This document shows, piece after piece, positions 11,826 through 24,949 of a stretch of 51,867 nucleotides of DNA; position 1 is the stretch's first letter; the number at the start of each line of letters is the position of its first letter. A program made the position numbers and the translations under genes. Source of the DNA: Octopus bimaculoides (lineage: Eukaryota); contig NC_068999.1 of assembly GCF_001194135.2 (NCBI RefSeq), positions 9,704,237 to 9,756,103 of the forward strand, read 5' to 3'. Below the pieces are notes generated by a model. It was given only the letters and a program-made list of their open reading frames with translations. It ran no database searches and was not told where the DNA came from.

Positions 11826-13598
11826 GTAAGTGACGCGGACAAGAGAAAGGGTACAAAACACTCGCAAATTTGCTCATGCAGTTCCCGCTCCCAGGTAACT
11901 AGCGACCAAATTTCCCAAATATGTCACTGTGGATTTCCTATAATCACAGTGCGTCATTCGAATCGTATCTCCAATAAACTATTCATTAATCAGCTTTAAA
12001 GGATAACATGACATTCATTCTCAATTACAGTTGACTGAATACATATATAAATTTGTGATCGACGTAGAACACATAAGCAAGGATTAGGTCAATCGAAGAT
12101 GAACACATCCCTTGACTGGGAAACCTACATAGACTGGAGTAGTGAAAAGAGTTGTGTGGATACCAACGAGAATCATCGCCAACAAACGAGCAGTTGGTCT
12201 CTCTGAAGAAAGCTTTTGAGGTAAAATCGAAGGATTATAATACTGAAGTAACGACAAAAGGCAAGGGATTACAATGAGAACTAATCAACAGGTTAGCAGA
12301 TGAACGTGAAACTAGAAGAGGTATCGCAGTATACTAACATTATGAACATGGACATCAGAGACAAGAAATTACCAAAACACACTAAATATTGTGATGGGCA
12401 TTAATGGGAGCATGCTGTCTAATGCAAGGCAGATATTATAAATACGAAATATAAATACGATAGCTTGTTTCAAAATCCCTTTTTATTTGGTTATTTATTA
12501 CACTGTGCTTTTAAAAATGAAGAGCTTGCTGGAAATTCGCATAAGGAGAAGAGAATAACAGTAGACACAAAATTCATACGAGGTTAGTAAAACATATCGT
12601 ATGCGATAGGTTTTTATTAAACCAACGCTAAATGTTAATCAGATAGATACACTGGTGGAACACACTTATTAAAGTTGAAATCATATATTATTGGGAGTGG
12701 GAAATCGTTATCCTTGACTGAAGCTGCTAATTGCTTTCAAATTCCAAAGACGACAAAGATTGTATCTTGGATTATAGAAAATGTTTACGCCACATTTATG
12801 TTCTATCTTATTTATTGTAAAACTGTACAGTGGAAATAATTGCTCAACGAATCGAGTCTCTAAACCGGTTTTTGTTTTTCGATTCTATGAATGGGTTTCA
12901 CGACTGTTTGACAAACGAGTTACAGTTGTTTAGTTTACATAATTACCCGTGTTTATTTTACTTAAATGTCACACCTGTCTTTGGAATCGTTAAGGACTTA
13001 AATCCATCAGTAATTCTTTCTAATTTAGCCACAAGGTTAGAAAATTTTAGACGATTGGAAGTCATTCGCATCGACCCTTGTGTTCCATTGGTCCATATTT
13101 TATCGCACCCGAAAAAGTAAAACAAAAAAAGAAACTGAACCCACTTTGGTGGAGTTTGAACTTTGAACGTAAACAACCAGATGACATGCCAGTTTGTCAT
13201 CCAAAACGCCAACAATTCTGCCAGCCAGTTCATCGTCTCGCCAGCTAAAGTACAAGTAACAGTATTGGCTTTTGAAGACGTCTGCACGACACGCTGTCAA
13301 CTTTCAAGTGGCAGCCATTTTATTTAAAACCAGTTCTTCTGAATTATTTTTGCTTTACATATGGACACCTTTGATTTCTATTTTACTCGAATGGATCCTC
13401 ATAGACATTCGATGTATAGGATATAATCCTATTATATGTCAAAATAGTTGGTGCATTGTAAAATACTGACATAGATTCCTAGATTTCTTAGCATAATATA
13501 GATCTGATATATTTTTTGAATATAAGATTCCCATAATCAGTTTAAAGGAATTTATTTCTAATCTAACAATATTTATTGCATCGTTAATACTTCAATTC

Positions 13599-13892
13599 AA
13601 TGGAGGCGCAATTCAGTGGTTAGGGCAGCGGATTCGCGGTCATAGGATCGCGGTTTCGATTCCCAGACCGGGCGTTGTGAGTGTTTATTGAGCGAAAACA
13701 CCTAAAGCTTCACGAGGCTCCGGCAGGGGATGGTGGAGAACCCTGCTGTACTCTTTAACCACAACTTTCTCTCACTCTTACTTTCTGTTTCTGTTGTGCC
13801 TGTAATTCAAAGGGTCAGCCTTGTCACACCGTGTAACGCTGAATATCCCCGAGAACTACGTTAAGGGTACACGTGTCTGTGGAGTGCTCAGC
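13599..13892 (+). mobile_element. SINE family D (tRNA head) with tail T, cut off by a gap
   Basis: TCAGTGGTTAG...GGTTTCGATTCCCAGACCG head; head and body shared with 47790-47994; tail shared with 47440-47520. Confidence 0.85.
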
Positions 13893-14300
13893 NNNNNNNN
13901 NNNNNNNNNNNNNNNNNNNNNNNNNNNNNNNNNNNNNNNNNNNNNNNNNNNNNNNNNNNNNNNNNNNNNNNNNNNNNNNNNNNNNNNNNNNNNNNNNNNN
14001 NNNNNNNNNNNNNNNNNNNNNNNNNNNNNNNNNNNNNNNNNNNNNNNNNNNNNNNNNNNNNNNNNNNNNNNNNNNNNNNNNNNNNNNNNNNNNNNNNNNN
14101 NNNNNNNNNNNNNNNNNNNNNNNNNNNNNNNNNNNNNNNNNNNNNNNNNNNNNNNNNNNNNNNNNNNNNNNNNNNNNNNNNNNNNNNNNNNNNNNNNNNN
14201 NNNNNNNNNNNNNNNNNNNNNNNNNNNNNNNNNNNNNNNNNNNNNNNNNNNNNNNNNNNNNNNNNNNNNNNNNACGCGGCTGGTCCGTATTCGCCTTTGA

Positions 14301-14380
<80 letters not shown>

Positions 14381-14425
14381 TAATAAGAAGAAGAATAATA
14401 ATAATAACAACAAAAACAATGATAC

Positions 14426-14474
<49 letters not shown>

Positions 14475-14485
14475 TATTATTATTA

Positions 14486-14541
<56 letters not shown>

Positions 14542-15153
14542 ACAACAACAACAGCAACAATGTTGATGATGAGGTGTGTAAGGGTGATGATGAGGATGAT
14601 AATAATAATCATCAATTTCTAATCAATAATGTATCTAAACAAATAATATTAATAAAAAAATAGCAATAATAATAAAGATTATAATATCGATAAGAACAAC
14701 AAGAACAACAACGATGATGAAAGGAAGAAAAATGAGGAAGGCGATATTAATATCATTATTTTTATTAATATTCCAAATGATAATAAGACTGTTATTATCA
14801 TAATTATTTTTATTATTATTTATTTTTATTACTATCCATATTCTTGTTGTTCATATTGTTGTTGATGTTGTTGTTATTGTTGTTCTAAGTATTAACCTGG
14901 CTGCTGATACTGCTCTGAGCAACATAAACAATAAGTATAAGAAATGCCAACCTACGTGTAAGTTAAAGAGACGAGGCAACAATAGAAACAACAAACAACC
15001 ATAACAACAAGAACAATATATTCCTCAATAATGGCAATAAATATGCATAGAACAATTTTTAAATACAAAGACTTTCACAGTGATAAAGTCAACAACAACA
15101 ACAATAGAATAATAATAATAACAATAACAATAATGATGATGATAATAATAATC

Positions 15154-15191
<38 letters not shown>

Positions 15192-15248
15192 TATAATAAT
15201 AATAATAATAATAATAATAATTATAATAATAATAATAATAATAATAAT

Positions 15249-15279
<31 letters not shown>

Positions 15280-15323
15280 ATAATAATAATAATAATGATA
15301 ATAATAATAATAATAATAATAAT
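14301..15323. repeat. (AAT)n/(ATT)n/(AAC)n trinucleotide arrays
   Basis: Direct reading; the source of the poly-Ile and poly-Leu ORFs. Confidence 0.95.
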
Positions 15324-16976
15324 NNNNNNNNNNNNNNNNNNNNNNNNNNNNNNNNNNNNNNNNNNNNNNNNNNNNNNNNNNNNNNNNNNNNNNNNNNNNN
15401 NNNNNNNNNNNNNNNNNNNNNNNNNNNNNNNNNNNNNNNNNNNNNNNNNNNNNNNNNNNNNNNNNNNNNNNNNNNNNNNNNNNNNNNNNNNNNNNNNNNN
15501 NNNNNNNNNNNNNNNNNNNNNNNNNNNNNNNNNNNNNNNNNNNNNNNNNNNNNNNNNNNNNNNNNNNNNNNNNNNNNNNNNNNNNNNNNNNNNNNNNNNN
15601 NNNNNNNNNNNNNNNNNNNNNNNNNNNNNNNNNNNNNNNNNNNNNNNNNNNNNNNNNNNNNNNNNNNNNNNNNNNNNNNNNNNNNNNNNNNNNNNNNNNN
15701 NNNNNNNNNNNNNNNNNNNNNNNNNNNNNNNNNNNNNNNNNNNNNNNNNNNNNNNNNNNNNNNNNNNNNNNNNNNNNNNNNNNNNNNNNNNNNNNNNNNN
15801 NNNNNNNNNNNNNNNNNNNNNNNNNNNNNNNNNNNNNNNNNNNNNNNNNNNNNNNNNNNNNNNNNNNNNNNNNNNNNNNNNNNNNNNNNNNNNNNNNNNN
15901 NNNNNNNNNNNNNNNNNNNNNNNNNNNNNNNNNNNNNNNNNNNACGCACACAAACACATACATACATACGTTCGTGTATATCTATATGTATATGTGTGTT
16001 TGTGTGTGCGCGTTTGTATGTATGTATGTATTTATGTATGCGTGTAGCGTTTTTATTACTAAAGTTTTCCTTGTGCTTCAGTTTGATGGGGTGTGTTTTT
16101 TTTCTAGGGGATATGATATACCTTTACGTTATTCCCCCTTACCATCAACCCCATTCTAATAGAGACACTCACACACGCATACACACCCCACCACTACCAC
16201 CACAACCACCACCACCACCACCACCACCACCACCACCATCATCATCACTTCTAAGAATATCAGTGAAAACACCAGCATCATTTTCACCATCACCATCAAC
16301 ATTGCAAATTTAAATCGATATTGGCATTTGGAGAGCATCCTCCGTTTGCCTCTGACGGCTGTTCAATTAGCATTTGGGTTTAGCTGTGAGAGCTGAGCGG
16401 TGACATTTAACATAGAAAATACCAAAGTTTGTAAACCGATGAAACTTCGTTGATTTCGCCTATTCTGGAAATGCCATGTTAAAAGTTACTACACGATCGT
16501 GTGTATGTATATGTGTGAGTGTTTGTGTATGTGCGTGTCGGTGTGTGTTTTCAAGTGTTTGCTTTTCTTTTTGCTGAATATATCAATTACAGTGTCGCTT
16601 AACTTTTCATAGATGCTGCTCATTTTAATCATCTTATAAAATTTAACAACCTAAAACACACATCTAGTGTATTTGTCTTTGGTGCATTCTTTATAAAAAT
16701 ATACACACATAAACACACACTACATACATCGTTATTGTTAAACACGCACATAGTGATACGTACGCACACGCAGAAACGAAAATATATACAGATATAAACT
16801 GAATAGGTGTGTTTATGTATACGTGTTTGTGAATGCATGTATACATGTATGTATGTATGTATGTATGTTTATATGAATATGTGCTAACGTAAGAGTAGAG
16901 TGAGATAAAACGAGAGACCTATATTTCTATATTTATATGATGTACGTATAAGTGTGCATAACACCACACACACACA

Positions 16977-17020
<44 letters not shown>

Positions 17021-17459
17021 GGAAAATACATACATACATACATAAACACACCTACATACATACAAATATACACAAACATACCCACACGTACATACATAGG
17101 TAACATAATTCCTTCCTATTTTTTATGTTCTTTAAATTATTTAATTTTCAATTAAGACGTAGGCTTCATTTTGTATCCCTTTGCCATCATCTTTTTTCAC
17201 AAACTTTCTATTTTTAATCTTATTTTACTCTCTTAATTTATGAAGAAAAAAATTCGCTCGAAACGTTAAAACACGCCTTATTTATTTCATGTACTCATCT
17301 ATGCATTAATCAAATCCTTATTTATCGTACTTAACATTTTCTATTATTTAGTTTCTCTTTCAAATCTACTCGTTGTTTTTTTTTTTTTTCTTCTACGTCA
17401 CATATTATATATATGGTACCACTTCCCTATCATTGACACAGCGTTTCACAGAAGTAATT

Positions 17460-17716
17460 GCATGAGTGGGTGTGGGAGGAGAAGTTTGTTTCCGAAACAT
17501 ATGGTGCTGCGTCGAGTCCCATGCATGGCAAATTGGGCTGGTGTTTTATAGTATAGTTTCGGGTCAACCAAAGCCTTGTGAGTGGATTTGGTCGCCGGAA
17601 AATGATAGAAGCTCGTCGTACACACACACACAAACACACACACGTATATCATTAATTTTTAACTTTCCAATCACCATTTTCTTTTACTTCTCATATGTAT
17701 ATGTATATATATATAG

Positions 17717-17747
<31 letters not shown>

Positions 17748-17980
17748 CATACGTACATAACTATATGTGAGTAATCACACTTTGTGTCTGTGTTTGCGTT
17801 CCCCCATTGCTTGACAAAAGGTGTTGGTCTGTTTCCACTAGCAGTTCGTCAAAATATACTTATAGAATAAGTATCAAGCTTTGGAAATACGTACAGGGGT
17901 TGATTCGTTCAACTACAATTCTTCAGGATGATGCCCCAGAATGGACGCAGTCTAATGACTGAAACAAGTTATGAGAGAAT
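17460..17980 (+). mobile_element. Bipartite SINE family A, diverged
   Basis: 5' half ends AAAGCCTTGTGAGTGGATTTGG...GAAGCTCGTCGTA, then a CA/TA repeat, then a 3' half ending AATGACTGAAACAAGT. Confidence 0.8.
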
Positions 17981-18010
17981 ACTAGAATATCTAACATAAT
18001 ATGTAATCTT

Positions 18011-18212
18011 TTATTCTTGCATTTGTTTCAGTCATTTGAGTGCGGCCATGCTAGAGTACCGCCTTAAAGATAAGAAATCATCGACAGGATTTATTCTTTG
18101 TAAATATTCTAGAACTTATACTGTCAGTTTCTTTTCCCGATTCAGTAGGTTACGGGGATGTAAACAAACCAGCATGGGTTGTCAAGCGATAGCAGGAGCA
18201 CAAACACAGTCA
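18011..18212 (-). mobile_element. SINE family A, 3' half
   Basis: TTTGTTTCAGTCATTTGAGTGCGGCCATGCT...GTTGTCAAGCGAT on + is the reverse complement of the family A tail. Confidence 0.85.
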
Positions 18213-19070
18213 CAAACATTAATACGTACATACATACATATATACATACATATATATANNNNNNNNNNTTTTATATGAATCATCTTGGTAGAGAAAGCGC
18301 AATTTGCTTTTTAGACACAGTATCTCAACAATCACTCGGTATGGCAAATTACTTCTCAATTTCGAGCATTATTGAGATATTTAAATAGCTTTAGACCTTT
18401 AAAAGCCAGTGTAATTTGCATCATTAAAATAAGAAAAAAAAACTACAAGAAAATATCTTAAACGTATCTTGAGTCGGGGAATCAAAATGGAAGTGAGCTG
18501 TACTAAATGCCGTAAATCTGAAATTCTTAATTCATTACGTTTCGCATGTGGACTGAGAAGGAACACAAGACGCTAACGGTGATTATTATAATGTTATCTT
18601 TTTTTGTACATAAGGGACATGTATATTGTATGTTTTCCTGATTCCAAAGGCATCTTCGACAAAGCATAGCACATTCATCACCGAACAATGTTAGGTAATT
18701 TATCTATCGCAAAAATAGACACGCAGAGAAACATTTACACACGCAAAGAAAAAAACACATACACATCTCTCTTTTTTTCTTTCTTGTTACTCTTCTATCT
18801 TTCTTTCTTTCCTTCTTTCTCTCTCCCTTTTTCACTATATATATCTATGTGTATGTGCGTGTGTATGGAGGTATGCATAACGCCAGTGTTAGAATGGTGG
18901 CAGCAGATGAAGGAAATGTTCTCTATGTGGCTTGTGTGTTTTCTGTACATGTTTATCATTTTGTCCACGTTATTTTGCAACATCCTGTACCCAGATATGC
19001 ATCTATATATACATGTAGATGTATGCACATACTTGTACGTATATATGCATATACTCATTTATTATTTGTA

Positions 19071-19119
<49 letters not shown>

Positions 19120-19568
19120 TATANNNNNNNNNNNNNNNNNNNNNNNNNNNNNNNNNNNNNNNNNNNNNNNNNNNNNNNNNNNNNNNNNNNNNNNNNNNNN
19201 NNNNNNNNNNNNNNNNNNNNNNNNNNNNNNNNNNNNNNNNNNNNNNNNNNNNNNNNNNNNNNNNNNNNNNNNNNNNNNNNNNNNNNNNNNNNNNNNNNNN
19301 NNNNNNNNNNNNNNNNNNNNNNNNNNNNNNNNNNNNNNNNNNNNNNNNNNNNNNNNNNNNNNNNNNNNNNNNNNNNNNNNNNNNNNNNNNNNNNNNNNNN
19401 NNNNNNNNNNNNNNNNNNNNNNNNNNNNNNNNNNNNNNNNNNNNNNNNNNNNNNNNNNNNNNNNNNNNNNNNNNNNNNNNNNNNNNNNNNNNNNNNNNNN
19501 NNNNNNNNNNNNNNNNNNNNNNNNNNNNNNNNNNNNNNNNNNNNNNNNNNNNNNNNNNNATATATATA

Positions 19569-19602
<34 letters not shown>

Positions 19603-20184
19603 CGCGCACACACACACACACACTATCTGAATGTCCCATCGTTGCCGGGCAATTTTTACAATAGAATGTCTTATATTAATTTGTGTTTATTCTATGCCAG
19701 ACCATGCCTTCATCGACAGATAGGCCTCTCCATCGGGACAGATTTGTGCAGTTTTTCGAAAACAAAACTTCGTTTATGATTTCTTTTCTTTTTAAAATTA
19801 TATACATATCTGTTCGACCATTTGACATGACTTTATACATGAAAATGTATTAAAACTTCAGATGTTCTAACAGCTATAGTCGTCGCATTGCTTTGCTTAA
19901 TTTGTTCAGTAAACATTCATCCTCGTAATGATTTTGCCTTCATTTTGTGATAGACAGCTATCATGCAGAAAATGCCAGCTTCCAAATCCTGTTTTCTGAT
20001 TAGTTAAAATTGATTAAACTTTAAACCTCAGTAACATTTTCCTGCAATTATTCTGCAGCAAATAAATAACAACATCGGATTAAACGTGGAAAACTATTTC
20101 AATATACCATTAAACATTTTGAACTATTATCAAAATGTTGCTATATGTCACAGCGATAGGGAAGCGTTTACAAAAGTAGACAGA

Positions 20185-20259
<75 letters not shown>

Positions 20260-20894
20260 NNNNNNNNNNNNNNNNNNNNNNNNGAAAGACACAGACACAC
20301 ACATTTACAAACGTACACACAGGTAAACACTAGTTCAAAATGGTGTATAGTAGATATAAGTACGTATGTATGTATGTATATATATGTAAGCCTGTTTGTG
20401 TGTATGTGTGATTGTTTCTTTGCGTTGGACAGCAGAAAAGTCACCTAACCACTCTCTCCTTAAAGCTACAATTTCATCACACCCACCTTTCTTCGCCATG
20501 GGGTTTTAAAAGTTACATATATGCATGTGTGTGTGTATGCTGTGTGTGTGGTATGTATGTATGCATGTATGTATGTATTTACGAAAGTAGGTATGCAACC
20601 TCACGTGTACATGACAGCTGTATTAACGTGTTCACCTCACTGCCACTCCATATTTCTCGCTTACACAACGCTGTTTTCCCCTTCCTTGATATCAGTCACA
20701 CTCATTATGCTACTACATATCCTTAACATCAACACTCTTTGTACCCTTGTCATTTTATTATATAATAATACGACAGTTATGGACATTTAATTGAAATCCA
20801 ATTAGCCTATAATTGACCTGTATAATATTTTAACATGTATGCAAAGTTTCATGAAGATTCGTTCACTGTTATAGCAGCAACATAGAAATAGACA

Positions 20895-21063
20895 GATATA
20901 TATATATATACATACAGATATATTTATATATATATAAATATATATATATGTATGTATGTATGTATATATATATATTTTTATATGTATATATGTATATATA
21001 TATGTATATACATATATATATATATACATATTTACATGTTTGTGTGTGTTTATGTATGTGTGA

Positions 21064-21120
<57 letters not shown>
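20895..21120. repeat. (TA)n/(TATG)n/(TG)n mosaic
   Basis: Direct reading. Confidence 0.95.
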
Positions 21121-21121
<1 letters not shown>

Positions 21122-22854
21122 GCTCACAAAATTTCATAATCACGTTGCCTATATTAGAAAGTTGCTAATCTAGTATTTATCATTTTCATTTTACATTTTT
21201 AAAAACTTTTACTGACGGAAAACTAATTACCTGCGTCTTCATTAATTACATGGTCCGCTTATTCAAATTACATAATAATATACATATTCTTGGCAAATTC
21301 ACGTTTTTCTGTTTTTTGTTTTTGATTTCCTTTGTGTTTCCTTGGAATGCTAGCAATCTGTAATTAAAACACCTTAATTAGTGTGAAATTATGTAGTTAA
21401 GCATCACGTACAATAATTGTCATTTTGGTAAAAGGGTTATGCGTTGTTTTCATTTCCAATGAAATTCGTTTCGTCCTGAATTTCCACTCCCCAATTTCAG
21501 GTAAAATCAGTTTGGCTAACGATTTCGATCTGAAGCCTGATTGTCCTTTATTTGACAAACCTCATTTTGACAAATCTCATTTCCTGAACTCGTACTCTTA
21601 GTCACACAAACAATCTAACACACACAAACACACACTCTCTCATAAACTCACACACACATATATACACAATACACACACAAACACACGCACACATACATGC
21701 ATGTATGAATGTATATATGTTTGCCATTCACTTTTATATCAAGATTTCTTGCCAATAGAGAGAATCGGTTTCTAACGAAGATCCAAGGCTCCTTCATTGG
21801 AATTTCAACATCAACAGGGTATTGTATGTATGTATGTATGTATGTATGTATGCATGTATGTATGTATGCATGTATGTATGTATGTATACGTGCAGATTGC
21901 TATGTTTTGTTTTGATTATGTCTTCTCAAGCATATATTTGCATATCTATACATGCTCATAAATATTGAAATGAAATATTTCTGGAAATTTTGACAGACAT
22001 TTACATTTCCCGCGATGCCATGGATCTGTAGTCTTTGAATTAGCTCTCTTCTTTCTGGTTTTGAGAAGCCCATTCCTTAAGATTGGTATTTAGTCAGTGC
22101 CCCAATAATTACAGGTATAAACCTGAATTTGTAATTTGATTTATGTATGTATATATGTATGCATATATGTATACTTGGGTTTAAGTATTTCAGCAAATGA
22201 TTCGTCCTCAATGTAGAATTTTGGTTATTAGATGTCTTGTTTTAAGGAATCTCTTCAGCTATTTCGCTCATACATATATACATCCATAAATAAATAAATA
22301 CATAAATGCATACACTTAGGGGTGTACGAACATCTCTAAATATGCACGTATGATTACATACTTACATCCCTAAAACGGTAATGTGTGTTTTGGAGGGAGT
22401 CGTTTGATATTCGTAACAGTTCTTTGACAATTGTGACACTCTTTGTCACAGACTGAGTGACGTAAACAGTGTTTATGTGTATATAATATATATTCGATGT
22501 GTCTAGGTTTCAAATCACACCCGCTTGGTTTTATTTCTACTCTCCTGAGGTGTATGAAATAGGTGACGTCAACACAACGTCGTTGATTACACCGAATGCA
22601 CTCTCTTTAAAGATGGTGCCTTGTGCCAATACTAACAAATTAATATTGTTATGAATAATGAATTCGTGTCTGAAAAATCGACTTATTTTTCTTTTACCAC
22701 AATTGTGTGGCCTTATGCCAATATATGAAACACAATCAATATAAGAAATCAATGTGGGAAGTGCTTACTTAAAAGTTCATTTCGATCGATAGGATGAACG
22801 GTAGTAACAGTAAACATATGATGTAATGTTTCTCACAAATTAAATATTATCCCT

Positions 22855-22995
22855 TTACGTAAGTCTTCGTGAGTTCAAAATCCCAATGGGATCGACTTTG
22901 TTGCTTTTTCATCATTCTGGGTTCGTTAATTATGCACCAACTCTCTTCTGGGCTTGGATTTTATCGTCTATAACCCTGTCCTGCAAGTTTGGTAA
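22855..22995 (+). mobile_element. Degenerate SINE family B
   Basis: GTGAGTTCAAAATCCC...GATCGACTTTG..GCTTTTTCATC aligns by eye to family B. Confidence 0.55.
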
Positions 22996-23746
22996 CTTTT
23001 ACGTTCGTAAATGCTAGTTAATATTTTAGTGTTTCGATTTTTTTTAAAAGATAAAGCAAGGCTTTATCATTGTAAGTAGACTTGTATGGTGCCATAGGGA
23101 ATTGAAACCTGTTTACAGCTTGTCGAGAATGTTAATATAAGTTACTTACTGACTTATCGATTCATTAATTAAGTACTTGAATCTCTGGATGTGTGCTTGT
23201 TGATATCATTGGAATGTTAATACAAATTTTGTTAGAGAAGTACAGCTCAGATTTGTAGGGCGAACCAACGCTATATAGTTGTGAGCTTCTATATTTTTAT
23301 AGATTTTAATCGAAGGGAATTTTACTCACATTTTAGAAAAATACGATTAATGACAATGTAAGAGCAAAATCGTACCTGCTACAACCAGAGTTGTAATAGT
23401 TTTCATTTTAACTTAAATCTACAAAACTTCATTTTGATGCTAGTACCCTAGAGAAGGAAGTGACTATCATAACTTTCTAGTTGACCCTACCTGAAGGTAG
23501 GTAGAGTCATGTCCTTACAAAGTGATGCGAATGTTGGTTAAACGTTGCTGTCGTTGCTTTGCTCTTATCTAATTTAACTTATACCCCGAAACAGTGTTCT
23601 AAAGACAACATTATATCATGTGTCCTTCAATTTACAAACGGTAGGACATAATTTCAAAGACATTTAAGTTGTTATTTTTAGCAGGAAATTTCGAGCTCCC
23701 GTATACTCTTCTGATGTTATTTTTTCACCCACTCCTCTATTTTACA

Positions 23747-23781
<35 letters not shown>

Positions 23782-23863
23782 AACGGTGGCCAACGGTTTA
23801 CAGTTATATATCTATGATATGAATTCTAGTCTCACTGATGACAATTTTTATTTTTCAGTGCAT

Positions 23864-23933
23864 TTTGTGTTAATAAAAATAATTATCTTCTGACTTTGTG
23901 TTAATAAAAATAATTATCTTCTGTCTTTGTGTT
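23864..23933. repeat. 31-bp tandem duplication (2.3 copies)
   Basis: TTTGTGTTAATAAAAATAATTATCTTCTG(AC/TC) at 23864 and 23895, partial copy at 23926. Confidence 0.9.
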
Positions 23934-24224
23934 CAGTTCAATCGACTAAAATACTCTTCGTGAAATTCAGTCCTTCTGAAAACGTTACAAAGCGTTATTT
24001 TTATGCGACTAAGACCCACATGTTTTATAGAAAGTAGATAAATACTGAATTTGAATAATCATACTTCATTTTCCTTGTGTTTGTATTAGTGGCATGTATG
24101 TAGCTTTTATTGATAACTGACATGTCGTGCATTATGAAATAAAGGGAAACAACACAATATGCATAACTATAAATAACATTAAACCAATATTTTGCTCGCT
24201 ATTTTATTTAGATTGAAAATATTT

Positions 24225-24375
24225 CACTTCTATATTTAACAGATGAGGAATTATGTACATTATTTGCAGTATTTACATTATTTTCATTCGATGGATATTT
24301 GTCCTCAACACAACGTTTCGGCTGATATACCCTCCAGCCTTCTTCAGATATCTTGGGGAAATTTCGAACCTGGGT
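24225..24375 (-). mobile_element. Penelope-like element terminal-repeat fragment
   Basis: Carries the CTGANGA...CCGAAACGTT motif typical of PLE pseudo-LTRs. No RT or GIY-YIG coding sequence seen; boundaries approximate. Confidence 0.55.
24307..24352 (-). ncRNA. Minimal hammerhead ribozyme motif (PLE type)
   Basis: The minus strand reads GATAT-CTGAAGA-A-GGCTG(gagggtatat)CAGCC-GAA-ACGT-T-GTGTT: both core boxes, a 5-bp stem II and a palindromic ACGT stem III. Confidence 0.65.
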
Positions 24376-24949
24376 CACACTAGCCATTTGGAGGGATACC
24401 TAAGTGTATTAGCTCTCCGTGAATAGCCTCAATCTCTTGTATTTATAACGAGTAACTATATCAGGATGTGCACTAAACATCGAAAAAAATAGCAATTAAT
24501 ATCACATCTGATAAATGGTCAAGAGTGGAACTTCTTTATCGTAACTATCTCTAAACAAATATCACCGCGGTCTATTTTGTGACACGTCACCTTGTACAGT
24601 GAGGCAAAGAAAATGAAGTAATATCAAACGTTGGTGCCTATGACTTCTAAAGTAAATAGAAGTAATTAATCAAATACGATATGGCAGATTATCTGGCAAT
24701 CCACCGAGTTTGCTATCTAGTGCTCGCCCAGATATATGAATATCAACAACTAATCAAAATATTTGATTAGATCGAGTTTGTTTAGAGGAACTCTGCCAAG
24801 CTTCCTATATTATTTATTTAATTGTTTCTTTTAATTTGTGCATCTAAACCAGCGTCAATATGGTTTATACCATACATACATACATACATGCTTACATAAA
24901 TACATACATATAGATACACACGAGCATATATATGTATTTATATAAGAAA

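Noticed and set aside
12060-12420. Purine-rich stretch suggestive of a decayed LINE
   Set aside because: All frames tried are broken by stops and no diagnostic motif was recovered.
22537-22752. Short ORFs in unique-looking sequence (also 11254-11577, 30363-30677 and 44671-44922)
   Set aside because: No recognisable domain, no convincing paired splice signals, and lengths expected by chance.
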